From Heterodontus francisci (taxonomy: Eukaryota), in NCBI RefSeq assembly GCF_036365525.1, contig NC_090372.1:90224873-90288872 (forward strand): DNA of 64,000 nucleotides, given 5' to 3'. Shown piece by piece: positions 48,128 to 60,373 of the stretch; the stretch's first letter is position 1, and each line of letters opens with the position of its first letter. The notes beneath the pieces were generated by a model, which was given only the letters and a program-made list of their open reading frames with translations, made no database searches and had not been told where the DNA came from. The position numbers and the translations under genes are program-made.

Positions 48128-51100
48128 AGAGTATCAACACGTCCTCGGCCCTGCCAGGTTCTGTGCCTGATTCTGGGCTCCCCTATACCCTCCCTGGCTC
48201 CCAGTTAATATCGGGGCCAAAATAATTCATGTCTCCATGTATATGATCAAAGTAGAACTCCATGAGTTAGATATTGGTCCGTGACACCATAAGGCCGTAG
48301 CCAAATTTGATATTGGGCCTTGTCTGCATTTAACTAATGAGTTTAGATGTCAAGAAAAAATCTAAAAAACCCACAGCAATGGCCTTCAATTTACGTCCTG
48401 CATGGAATGAGAGGTGAAACTAAGAGTGAGTGAGTCCGGGCCAGCCATGGTCCACAACTGTTTTGTGAAGACAGGAGGAGCACTCCTGTTCCTTCTAGTT
48501 CAACAAAATACAAGAACATTAAGGACTATTAGTTAAATCACTCCAAACCCAGAAGAACTAGTTGGTGCTTGCACCATCAAAACTCTGCCTACCTCGGTAT
48601 CCAATTTCACATCAGGATGCTATAAACATTGTTTTATTTTATGGATCCCGATTTGAGTAACCAAATCAACCTGTCACTGGTGATTCAAAGGGATCTGATT
48701 CAATTTTGCATGAAACACACTTCCATAGTCAATCTGGCTCCCGAGATCACAATCTAATTTTGGATTTTGTTCACCATATTTCGTGCCTGAAAAATGGGCA
48801 CGTCGATGTCTAATTTCTTCCCTCCACGAGTCAAGTTCCCTGATGACAACATTTGAAATCAGTTATCCTATCCTTCTATGAAAGCAGTTTGCATCTGTTG
48901 AAAGCAAGCAAGTTACTTCCACTATCTAGAGAAGCATAAATAAACATAAAGTTATTTTTTCCCTGCCAAGTTACTGTAATTATGGGCCTCTCAGGCTGTG
49001 TCGTGCAAATGGAAAAAAAACGTCTGGCATATGAACTGAAAAGTGGAAAAGGTAGTATTAAAGCAATCTGAGGTATTTGTTTGACTTCACGATGAAGGGT
49101 GCCTTGTTTCCAGAGTGCCAAACAGAAAATGCAAAATTCCCAGTGGCTATAATCACTGTCTGGCTGATTATTTTAAGGTTAATGTCAAGCAATTGGCCTC
49201 ATTCCCAGCCACTGCCTTACCCTGAGAAAATAGATTTAGTCAGACATACAGACATCATCACTGGCCCTCACATTCCTAACATTTCACTACAGATTAAGGC
49301 GAAATGGTTCTAGTGTTTACTGAAATCTCCTAGGTGTTGCATTTTTCTCATGGTTTTATTCATCCAGGTCAACTACCTAAGGCCAAGACCTCCGAGAATC
49401 TAGTATTCCTTCAAAGCAAAAAGAAATGTATAGTTATTTACACAAACCTTGCATGTAAGTGCATATCAATGGTACTTGCTCTGACTTATCCTACAAAATA
49501 GGTAATGCAGCTAAAAAGCTGTTTCCTTGAGCACATAGCTAGGAATAACAAACAATAGTGACCACATACATTCCTGAGAATAGTGAAAAGTTAATCTTCT
49601 TAATCGGGATACAAGCTTACAATTGAAAGTGCTTCACATCTTTGAGAAGTTAAAGAAACAACAGGGAGAATGTAATTCCTTAATCTTACTCTGTTGTGAA
49701 TGCATAGTAATCCCTCAACATGGAACGCCTGGGTTTTGTAATGTGCATTTTTATGTGGACTGCCCACTATTGAAATTCATACTTCCCAGTGCAACCACTA
49801 AAGGCCACTGCCACATCCTGGCAACAGCTCTAGCTAATCCAGCTCAGAAAAGAAATCTGGGATATCTGGAAAAATAAATAGCAAATCAAAAAATTCCAAG
49901 TTCATTTTACAAATTAGCGGAGTGGGTAGAAAATTATGCAGAGTGCTCAGACTTCTGTGCCTGTGCAAATTGATCTTCTTCACTGGAATTCTGTGTTGAT
50001 GAAAAAGAAATCTGGGAATTCTAGAAATCAGAATTAAGAACAAACAATGCTGGAAGTATGTAGAAAATCCATCAGTTGACAAAGCATCTCTCCCAAAACA
50101 TGAATCTATTTTCAAATGCTAGGGCTGATATTGAGCTCCAAGAGCAAGAGCTCTCGGACATGTACTCGTTGGGCGCAGTGCACATTTGTGACACACGCAG
50201 ATTGCCCTTGCACCATTATGCAAGGTCAGCTCATTAACATATTGTTGTGACAGCCCAGGCACACAGTGGATAACATGCTGGGATTGTGCCAGGGTCAGTT
50301 GACAGGTTATCCAGTTCCAGCAGCTCTGAAAGGGCTGTTGGTCACTGTTAAACCTGTTTTCTGACTGAAGAAGGGGGAGAATTGCTGCAAAGGCTTGCAT
50401 TAGAGCTGCCTGATTCAGTTAAGTGCCTTTTATTGTTGGAGGTAGTAGAGAGAAATGTAGTCTTTAGATTTTTATGGAGCTGAGGCCATTTCCAGAGAAG
50501 GCCAACACCACAGAAACCTAGGTGGAGGTGATTAAAGACTAAATGCTGTCTCACCTGTGCTGGGAGGTTGCTATGTTTAGTTGGGAGGTTGCTATGTTTA
50601 GTGCCCTTACATTTTTATACATTTTAACTGCCCTCTGAAATGACCCAGCAAGCCACTCAGTTGTATTGAACCACTGCAAAAAAGTCCAGTAAGAATAAAA
50701 CTGGATGGATGCACCCGGCATCGCCCTAGGCTGCGGACACGACAAAGGCACAGTCAGCATAGTCAACCCTGAAAAGTCCCGCTTACTAACATCTGGGGAC
50801 TTGTACCAAAATTCGAGAGCTGTTCCACAGACTGGTTAAGCAACAGCCTAATATAGTCATATTTACCAACTCATACCTTTCGGCCAACATCCCAGACTCC
50901 TCCATCACCATCCTTGGGTATGTCCTGTTCCACCATCAGCACCGACCCACCAGAGGTGGCAGAACAGTGGGGGTATACAGTCAGTAAGGAGTGGCTCTGG
51001 GAGACCTCGACATTGGCTTCACAGTCCTTTCAGTTCTCCTGGCATCAGGTCAAACATGGGCAAGGAAGCCTCCTGTTGATTACCAGCTACTGCCCTCCTT

Positions 51101-51411
51101 AAGCTAATGAATCAGTACTCCTCCATGTTGAACATCACTTGGAAGAGGTGCTGAGGGCAGCAACGGCACAGAATGCACTCTGGGTGGGGGACTTCAATGT
51201 CCATCACCAAGGGTGGCTCAATAACACCACTACCAATCAAGCTGGCCAACTGCTGAAAGACAGAGCTGCCAGATTGGCTTACGGCAGGTGGTGAGAGATC
51301 CAACACAAGGGAAAAACCTACTTGACCTCGTCCTCACTAATCTACCTACGCTGATGCATCGGTCCATGATAGTATTGGTAAAAATGACCACCGCATAGTC
51401 CTTGTGGAGAC

Positions 51412-52442
51412 AGTTAGGACCAGGTGAGGAGGGGGTCTCAGGCTCCCCTTTTGCCCCTTCTCTGGTTTGACCACAACAGGGTTTATTCTTTTAAACACAG
51501 TGGTTTAACTTCCCAACTCAGTGAGCATTTGCTGCTGTTACTCTAATTACAATTGCAAATGAACCAATCAGACAAGTTTTCTTGAGTTTAAACAAGAAAG
51601 ATGTAAGTTTATTAACCTTATCACTCTAAACTGGTTAAAATTACAAAAATACGTGGCACATCCATGCTCACATGCATACGAGAGGCACACACACATATAC
51701 AAATGAATACAGAGGGGAAAAGTAGAGTTGGGCGGTTGAAGTAAAGTCTGTAATAAATGGAATTCAAATACTGAGTTTCAATGTCCTTTGTTGAAGTTAA
51801 AAAGTCTTGAAGTCCTTGCTGGGGCCACGTGCACAATTCAGGCATGCTTCTCTGGTTCCAGGAGACTGAAGAGAGGCGTTATCTTTCTTCTTGGTTGTTG
51901 TCTGTAAAGTTCTGTATTCTTGAGGTTTTGCTGCAGCCGAGGTTCCCCTGGGACTTTGCTGCTGAAGAGGGAGACAGAGAGAGAGGTGCTTTTCTCTTGG
52001 AGTTCAGTTGCAATCTTTCTTTCTTTCTGAGGCACAATTCACAAATTCAGTGCTACACCATCAGGTATGTCATGCCACCTCTTTGTTTGAAAACAGAAGT
52101 CTCTGGAAGGTTGTTTGAAATTCAAAGTTCTTTAGACATACTTGGTGGGAGGGGGTTGTCTCTTTCAAAGTCAAAGGTTGTCGATGGTTTTTGATCACTA
52201 CTATTGACAAAACTCTTCTCATTAATTGAATCAGGGAGCACCCCCATTGTTCGAGTTAGACTGGGTAATTTACCTCTATCTCTCAACCACTCTTTGGCTT
52301 CTCATATGCAAATTGTGCATGGCCATCTTTCGCTATTCTGCTCAGCTTTTTAAAAGTTATTTGTAATGTTCAGTAAAAAGTTCTCACAGTTTCATATGAC
52401 AAAATTAATATTTTCCATTTGGCATGTGTGGTTTCCGTCACA
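51412..52442 (-). mobile_element. Solo-LTR-like element, family B
   Basis: Perfect 4-bp TSD AGAC (51408-51411, 52443-52446). Ends AGTTA(mutated)...TCACA. Confidence 0.85.
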
Positions 52443-52864
52443 AGACGAAGTCCTGTCTTAACACTGAGGAAACTCTCCATTGTGTTGAATGGCACTACCA
52501 CCGTGCTAAATTGGATAGAATTAGAACAAATCTAGCAGCTCAAAACTGGGCATCCATGAGATCCATGAGGCACCAAGGACCTTCAGCAGCAGCAGAATTG
52601 TATTCCATCACAATCGGTTAACTTATGACCCAGGATATCCTTGACTCTACCATTACCATCAAGCCAGGGAATTAGCTCTAGTTCAATGAGGAGTGTAGAA
52701 GAGCATGCCAGGAGCAGCACTAGGCATACCTAAAAATGATTAAAGGTGAAGCAACAACACAGGACTGCATACATGCTAAACAGCAGAAGCATCATGCGAC
52801 AGAGCCCACAATCAACAGATCAGATCAAATCTCTGCAGTCCTGTCACAACTAGTAATGAATAGT

Positions 52865-52966
52865 AATAAAAACAGAAAGTACTGGAAATACTCAGCAGGT
52901 CAGCAGCATCTGTGGAGCGAGGAGCAGAGTTAACGTTTCAGGTCTGTGACCTTTCATGGGAACTGG
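52865..52966 (-). mobile_element. Penelope-type pLTR fragment with mutated hammerhead core
   Basis: Minus strand CCAGTT-CCCATGA-AAGGTCACAGACCT-GAAACGTTAACT. Confidence 0.7.
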
Positions 52967-53003
52967 TTCTATGATCTATCTCAGTCTCCTCCTGAGGACC
53001 CCA

Positions 53004-53273
53004 CAAGTTCTCCCTGTGTCTGCGAGGGTTTCCTCCGGGTGCTGCGGTTTCCTCCCACAGCCAAAAGACTTGTTGGTTGATAGGTAAATTGGCCATTATA
53101 AATTGCCTCTAGTGTAGGTAGGTGGTAGGGGAATATAGGGACAGGTGAGGATGTGGTAGGAATATGGGATTAGTGTAGGATTAGTATAAATGGGTGGTTA
53201 ATGGTCGGCACAGACTCGGTGGGCCGAAGGGCCTGTTTCAGTGCTGTATCTCTAAATCAAAATCAATAAATCA
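53004..53273 (+). mobile_element. HE1-type SINE, 5'-truncated
   Basis: Nearly identical to 8737-8990. Lacks A and B boxes. Confidence 0.9.
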
Positions 53274-53912
53274 ATCACAGAAGCCAGACTTCAGCCAATT
53301 TGATTCACTCCAGATGATATCAAGAAACAACTGAGTGCATTGAATATGGCAAAAGCTATGGTCTCTGACAACATCGCAGCTGTGGTGCTGAAAATTGTGC
53401 TGCAGTACAACAAACATCTCTAGTCAAGTTATTCCAGTACAACTACAACATTGGCATCTACCCAACAATGTGGAAAATTGCCCAGGTATGTCTTGTTCAC
53501 AAAAGCAGGACAAATCCAATCCAGCCAATTAACAGCCCATCAGTCTACTTTCGATCATCAGCAAAGTTGCTGGAAGGTGTTGTCGGCGGTGCTATCAAGC
53601 GGCACTTGCCCAGCAATAACCTGCTCACTGATGCTCAGTTTGAGTTCCACCAGGGTCACTCAGCTCCTGACTTCTTCACAGCTCTGGTCCAATCATGGAT
53701 GAAAGAGCTGAATTCCAGAAGTGAGGTGAGAGTGACATCAAGGCAGCATTTGACCGAGTGTGTCATCAAGTAAAATTGAGGTCAATGGGAATCAGGGGGA
53801 AGATACTCCACTGGTTAGAGTCATACCTAGCACAAAGGAAGATGGCTGTGGCTGTAGGAGGCCAATTATCTCAGCCCCAGGACATCGTTGCAGGACATCG
53901 TTGCAGGACATC

Positions 53913-53977
53913 AGCCAGCACAGACACGATGGGCCGAAGGTCCTGTTTCTGTGCTGTATAACTCTATGACTCTATGA
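53913..53977 (+). mobile_element. CR1 extreme 3' tail insertion
   Basis: GGGCCGAAGGTCCTGTTTCTGTGCTGTATAACTCTATGACTCTATGA, as at 7725-7784. Confidence 0.75.
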
Positions 53978-55497
53978 GTTCCTCAGAGTATTGTCGTAAG
54001 CCCAACCTGCTTCAGTTGCTTCATCAATGACCTTCCCTCCAACATAAAGTCAGAAATGGGAATGTTCCCTGATGATTGCACAGTATTCAGTTCCATTCAC
54101 AACTCTTCAGATACTCAAGCAGTCCAGGCCCACATGCAGCAACATTCCGGCTTGGGCTGATAAGTGGCATCACACAAGTGTCAGGCAATGACCATCTCCA
54201 ACAAGAGAGAATCTAACCATCTCCCCTTTCCATTCAAAGGCATTATCATCGCTGAATCCCCCACCATCAACATCCTGGGGGTTACCATTGAACAGAAACT
54301 TAACTGGACCAGCCATTTAAATACTGTGGCGATAAGAGCAGGTCAGATGATGGATACTCTGTGGCGAGTAACTCCGCTCCTGACTCCCCAAACTCTTTCC
54401 ACCATTTACAAGGCACAAGTCAGGAGTGTGATGGAATACTCTCCACTTGTCTGGATGGGTGCAGTTCCAACAACACTCAAGAAGCTCGATACCATCCAGG
54501 ACAACATAACCCATTTTATCGGCACCCCATTTACTACCTTAAGTCTTCACTCCAACCACTACTGACACACAGTAGTCGCAGTGTGTACCAACCACAAGAT
54601 GCACTGCAGCAACCTGCCAGCACTTCTTTTACAGCAGCTTCTAAACCCGCAACCTCCACTACTTAGAAGGACAAGGCAAGAGGTACATGGGAACACCACC
54701 TGCAAGTTCTCCTCCAAGTTACGTACCATCCTGATTTGGAAATATATCACCATTCCTTCACTGTTGCTGGGTCAAAATCTTGGAACTCCCTCCTTAATAG
54801 CACTGTGGGTGCACCTACAACACATGGATGGCAGCGGTTCAAGAAAACAGATCACCACCATCTTCTCAAGGGCAATTAGGGATGGGTGATAAATGCTGGC
54901 CTTATCAGTGACACCTACATCCCATGAACAGATTTTAAAAAATTCACAGTTTTGCCTTTCGCAATGTATGTTGACAGAAATTTGTTACATGCTTGGTGGA
55001 GCATCACACAGGAAGAATGTACAACATCCTAACAACAGTTCATGTACTTTCAAATGCACAGGCATGTCCATGTTTCACCACAGATCTCTGTATAGCTGTC
55101 CTGCCAATGCCTTTTCCTGTGTCCCATTAAATGTGGCATACAGCAAGCACACTGCCAACTGAAGTTCTGCATAGATCACAGACTGATATAAGGCAGTTGC
55201 AGATGGGCCCATTGCTTAGTGGGGAGACCGCCAAGTAAAATCTGGTGGCCTCCCAGCGGGCTTGGAGGGGATGCTCCTATTCGGGCACTCTTTAGTGCAG
55301 GTAGGGGCCCCCCAGTGGCACTTACAGCCCCTGTGGCAATGGCACCACCTGCCCTCGCCAACAACCCCCCCCCCCTCCCCTCCTTACCAGGGGCTGTCTG
55401 ACTGGCCCAGTGCCCCCATGCCCCACTTAGCTGGTTGTGAGGGCACTGTCCATTCATTGTATCCTTTTCTTCCATGTGCAGTCCCAGAAGTGGCCAC

Positions 55498-56739
55498 TGT
55501 TATGAAAGTGCTTCTATTTTTTAATATTTTTTGAGGACTCGTGTTTTAGAATTGTGGAGATGGATTCATTGGAGGTCTGAAGTGATTCCATAGATACTCA
55601 ACTTTGTTTTTTTAAGAGTCACTGGAAGGACTCTGTTTAAAAACATTTACTGGATGTCACATGTCTTCAGCTAAGTAAACAACAGGTGCCTTCTGACGAT
55701 GGGAGTTGTTTACAAGAGAAGTGACATGTCAAGATGTATGGTGCTCAGGAATGGGTTTTTGAATACTGTTTCGAGCCAGTTTGGAGGTCAGCCTGCTAAA
55801 AGAGAAGACCAGTTCATCTTTTCTCCATCTCTTTGACAAACCCTGAGTCTCAAGTGTACGAAATAGAGAAACCGAAACAGCATTTCTCCTGAGAAACTTC
55901 TGGAAGACTTCCTCTCGCCATCTTCTGAACGAATTGCTTCTGAAAAAATGCCAGTGACTGCCCCACCCCACCCCCTCATCTACGTGTACTCGGACGCCAG
56001 ACTGTATGCCATCTTGAACATTTCTTTTCCTTTTTCTTCAAGAATTAACAAGTACTTTGGCCAAAGCATCTTTATTTTTCCTTGTGTGTGTGTGTGTGTG
56101 TGTGTGGTGGGTATTTAGAAGGGAATATATATATTTACTGTCATATTTCAAACTGTGTATTAAAGCTTTGCATCTTTATTGACTAAGTCTTATTCAATAA
56201 TAAATTAATACTTCTGTTGTTTATTAAAGAAACCTAGCTGGTGGATTTTATTCTAAAATAAAAATAGAGCATATAATTGGTCGTATCAGTAACTGGGCAA
56301 ACATTTAAATATATGTTGTGACTTGTGGAGAAGTGGAACTAGAGAAAGACAGTGCACTCCTCTCGCCTTGGTCATTAGGGCGGCACAGTGGCGCAGTGGT
56401 TAGCACCGCAGCCTCACAGCTCCAGCGACCCGGGTTCAGTTCTGGGTACTGCCTGTGTGGAGTTTGCACGTTCTCCCTGTGTCTGCGTGGGTTTCCTCCG
56501 GGTGCTCCGGTTTCCTCCCACATGCCAAAAGACTTGCAGATTGATAGGTAAATTGGCCATTAGCAATTGCCTCTAGTATAGGTAGGTGGTAGGGAAATAT
56601 AGGGACAGGTGGGGATGTGGTAGGAATATGGGATTAGTGTAGGATTAGTATAAATGGGTGGTTGATGGTCGGCACAGACTCGGTGGGCCGAGGGGCCTGT
56701 TTCAGTGCTGTATCTCTAAACTAAATTAAACTAATAACA
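55498..56739 (+). mobile_element. Solo-LTR-like element, family C, with a SINE in its 3' terminus
   Basis: TGTTATG...GGTCAT[SINE]ATAACA with near-TSD CCAC/GCAC. Internal (TG)n at 56083-56106. Confidence 0.7.
56378..56733 (+). mobile_element. HE1-type SINE, full length
   Basis: GGGCGGCACAGTGGCGCAGTGGTTAGC (A box), GGTTCAGTTCT (B box), CR1-like tail, (TAAAC)n end. Confidence 0.92.
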
Positions 56740-56876
56740 GCACCATTCCCTGTGATGCTGCCAATTAATTAGCCACCGCAAAATGTGGCCCCGGTCCTGC
56801 AGACTGCCGAAGCAAGGTTCTCCCCCGCTTTCCGGCTCATTGGCAGGATCCCCTCCATGATGACTAAATCCAGCCC

Positions 56877-56907
56877 AATGTTTCAGGTCGATGAACATTC
56901 ATCAGAA
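56877..56907 (-). ncRNA. Truncated minimal hammerhead-ribozyme-like core (Penelope-type)
   Basis: Minus strand TT-CTGATGA-ATGTTCATCGACCT-GAAACATT. Likely inactive. Confidence 0.5.
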
Positions 56908-57250
56908 GAGTATTTTGCTCTTGTAGAGACATGACATTCCCTTAATAAATCCATGCCTTTATAAATGATGGTTAATACTGCCCTTCAGAACTTTTCTCCA
57001 ATAATTTTCCCACCAACAAGTTAGGCTGACTGGCTTGTAATTACTCGGTCTATCCCCTTCCCCCTTTTTTAACAACGGTACAATGTTAGCTGTCCTCCAT
57101 TCCTCTGGCACCACACCTGTAGCCAGAGAGGATTGGAAAGCGATGGTTAGAGTCTCTGCTATTTCTTCCCTAGCTTCTCTTAACAGCCTAGGATATATTT
57201 CATCCAGGTTTGGTGATTTATCTACTTTCAAAGATGCTAATACCCTTACT

Positions 57251-57350
57251 AAAATAAAAACAAGAAATGCTGGAAATACTCAGCAGGTCTGGCAACAACT
57301 GTGGAGAGAGAAGCAGAGTTAATGTTTCAGGTCAGTGACTCTTCATCAGA
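57251..57350 (-). mobile_element. ~100-bp Penelope-type mini insertion with hammerhead-like core and TSD
   Basis: Minus strand CTGATGA-AGAGTCACTGACCT-GAAACATTAACT...TTTTTATTTT. AATACCCTTA duplicated at 57239-57248 and 57350-57359. Confidence 0.75.
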
Positions 57351-57420
57351 ATACCCTTATTTCCCCTCTCAGTATGTTTCTCCCATCCAATACTTCACAG
57401 TCCTCTCCCTTAAACTCAAT

Positions 57421-58178
57421 GGGCTGAATTTTACAATGTCCCAGCGGGTCGGATGGTGGCGTGGGGGTGGCGTAAAATTGAGCAGGAGGCTCTGTGAGGC
57501 CTACTCGCCCTGCTCTCGCCTCCAATCAACTTTACGGCGGTCGGGCAGGGGAACGGCCCGTCTGCCCGAGGCCAATCAAGGCCCTGAAGTGGCCACTTAA
57601 CGGCCACTTAAGGGCCCTCACCCGCCTCTACGGGTATTTTACCCATGGCAAGTAGGAGTGCTGGGGACCTGAAAGGCCACCCAGTGAAATCTGCTGGCCT
57701 TTCCGCGCCCTGTGGGAGGGGGGGGCGGGGGGGGGGGGGGGGGGAGGTGCATGGCAGTTGGGCACAGGGTGCCCAATTGAGGGCCGACCACACCTCCCAA
57801 CCCACCCCCGGGACCCAAGACACCCCCCTCCCCCCAAACGACCACTCCAGCCTCACCAGGGACGGACCGATCCCCCGGTGATGCAAGCCCAATTTACCTT
57901 CGTTCCTGGATCCCTGTCATCAGCTGGGTTGCAGTCCCAGCAGTGGCCACCGCTCCCGATGGCGCTGCTGGGACTAAGAGCTGCCAGCCCGCTGATTGGC
58001 CGGCAGCTCACTGAGGTGGGACCTCCTCCCTCAAGCGGGTGGAAGTCCTGCCTCGGGAAAATTAAAGCCCGGGGACCCGTAAAATACGGGACGGATCCCC
58101 GGGCTAGGCGGAAGCGGGTTCACCACCGACTTTTACGTCGGTGGTGAATTCCCATCTGCCTAAGGTAAAATCCAGCCC
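57421..58178. mobile_element. Complete PIF/Harbinger-type MITE (758 bp)
   Basis: TIRs GGGCTGAATTTTAC / GTAAAATCCAGCCC (13 of 14 match). 3-bp TSD AAT. CpG-rich, no coding capacity. Confidence 0.9.
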
Positions 58179-58595
58179 AATGTCAGCATGTCCCCCTATT
58201 TTGTGAAGACAGCTAAAAGTACACTGGGTCCCTGCTATAATGCAGTCCGCTAGAGCATGGAACTTGGTATAATGTGGTTCCATCGACATGTATATTTATC
58301 ATTTCAAAATGTATTTCAGAATATCATTGAAGTACAAATGCTCCACAAATAATTTAGAACCAGCCAATGAGATGGCAGCCTTGTGACTAATTAAGGAGCC
58401 AGTTTTCTCTGTAAGAATACTGGTCAAACTTGCACTGATACCATACACTGAGCAACCCGAAATCATGAGTGCTGAATCACGAAAGAGAAAATCTTACACT
58501 ATTGCCAAGAAGCTGAAAATCATTACCCAGATCAAGGAAGGTACTACACAAGCATCTGTTTTGCAATGAATGGGGATCATTGAATCAATGCTTCA

Positions 58596-58940
58596 TTATT
58601 TATTTAGAGATACAGCACTGAAACAGGCCCTTTGGCCCACTGAGTCTGTGCTGACTATCAACCACCCACTTATACTAATCCTACATTAATCCCATATTCC
58701 TCCACATCCCCACCTTCCCTCAATTCCCCTACCACCTACCTATACTAGGGGCAATTTACAATGACCAATTTACCTATCAACCTGCAAGTCTTTGGCTGTG
58801 GGATAAAACCGGAGCACCCGGCGAAAACTCACACGGTCACAGGGAGAACTTGCAAACTCTGCACAGGCAGTACCCAGAATCAAACCCGGGTCACTGGAGC
58901 TGTGAGGCTGTGGTGCTAACCACTGCGCCACTGTGCCGCC
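58596..58940 (-). mobile_element. HE1-type SINE inserted in the transposase
   Basis: Reverse complement of the 56378 copy. Confidence 0.9.
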
Positions 58941-60147
58941 TAGTGACTTAAAGATGAAGAGAAGTTGAGAAGGGTCTCGATGGAGATGGATGAAAGTGGC
59001 CAAGCAAGAAGGAAATGCTGACAACACACCTCTTGACAAGGCCGTTCACACTTGTTTCACCCAGAAGAGAACCGAGGGTGTACCCATATCCAATCCTGTT
59101 ATTGAAGTTCAGGCTAAGACGTTTTGCCATCAAATGAATGTAACTACCAAAACCCCAATGGAGTTTGGAGCCAGCCAAGGATGGTTAGCAAGATTCAAGA
59201 CAGCACGGCATTTCATAAGTTACTATAAGAGAACAATGGTCTACGGATGAGCCAGCCACAAAATCATTTCCCACTGAATGAAAGAAGATTTTACATGAAG
59301 GGGGATACAATAAAAGAACAAATTTATAACTGTGACAAGATGGCCCTGTACTACAAAAAGTTACCAGAAAAGACAGTAGCAACAAGAAATGGCACCAACA
59401 AAATGTCTGGATTTAAACAGATAAAGACAAGATTGACAGCCCTCCTTTGCTCCAATAAACCTGGTCTTGACAAGCTTACTCCATTCGTCATTGGAAAATT
59501 CTTCAAACCACACTGCTTCCATCATCTAAACCTAAAATCACTACCACGCTAATACTCAAGAAGCACCAAAACCTGGATAACTTAAACAATTTTTGAAGAC
59601 TGGTTCCACCATGAATTGTACCAAATGTCAGAAAACATCTCAGACAGAACTACAGAAGAAGGCCATCTTGCTGCTTGACAGCTGCCCTGCACAACTACCC
59701 CCAGAGAGCCTGATAACACGAGATGGGAACATCAAATGCATCTGTACACAACATCAAAAGTTCAACCCCTTAACCAAGGCATCATATCGACCTTCAAATG
59801 TAACTACAGAAGAGAACCGATCAAGAGAATGGTGGTCAGTAAGGACAACATGACAACTTGCCTGAAGAAACTCAATATGAAAGTGGGAATTTACATATGC
59901 TGCCATGTCTGGCAAGAAGTGTTAATCAACTGTATCAAAAACTCCTGAAGACATGCCCTGGGTGCTGCATTCGAGACAGAAACCAACAACAATGACATGG
60001 AGAATTTTGAAGGCTTCACTGAAGAGGAAATATTTGAAAGCAAGAAGAGAGTCGTGGACTACAATAGATTCAATGCCCAGGATCTAAACAACATCAGGTT
60101 CATACCTGGAGCCAAATTAGATACTGACAACATCAATGCATGGCTGA

Positions 60148-60373
60148 ATAGAAACATAGAAACATAGAAAATAGGAGCAGGAGTAGGCCATTTGGCCCTT
60201 CGAGCCTGCTCCGCCATTCATTATGATCATGGCTGATCATGCAACTCAGCTGTTCCCACTTTCGCCCCATACCCTTTGATCCCTTTAGACCCAAGAGTTA
60301 TATCTAACTCCTTTTTGAAAACATACAATGTTTTGTCCTTAACTGCTTTCTGTGGGAGTGAATTCCACAGGCT
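60148..60373 (-). mobile_element. CR1 3' fragment inserted in the transposase
   Basis: (TTTCTATG)n tail. 3' UTR matches 9850-10070. Confidence 0.85.

Larger units (their letters stand above)
50640..54942 (+). mobile_element. Long decayed Zenon-like LINE with four nested insertions
   Basis: EN pieces (WVGDFNVHH, LDLVLTN, DHRIV), RT pieces 53468-53961, C-terminus 54164-54889 homologous to 28258-28980. Confidence 0.8.
55170..56876. mobile_element. Harbinger-type MITE remnant hosting a solo LTR
   Basis: Similar to 57421-58178 (GCAGTCCCAG.AGTGGCCAC). Right TIR TAAATCCAGCCC ending 56876. Left end unclear. Confidence 0.6.

Noticed and set aside
50561-50602. 21-bp perfect tandem duplication TGGGAGGTTGCTATGTTTAGT
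   Set aside because: Only two units with no spacer. Ordinary slippage, not an array or CRISPR.
56378-56450. tRNA gene
   Set aside because: The A and B boxes belong to a multi-copy SINE head that continues into a CR1-like tail.
57713-57748. Long G-run, potential G-quadruplex
   Set aside because: Homopolymer inside a MITE. The length is error-prone and there is no evidence of function.
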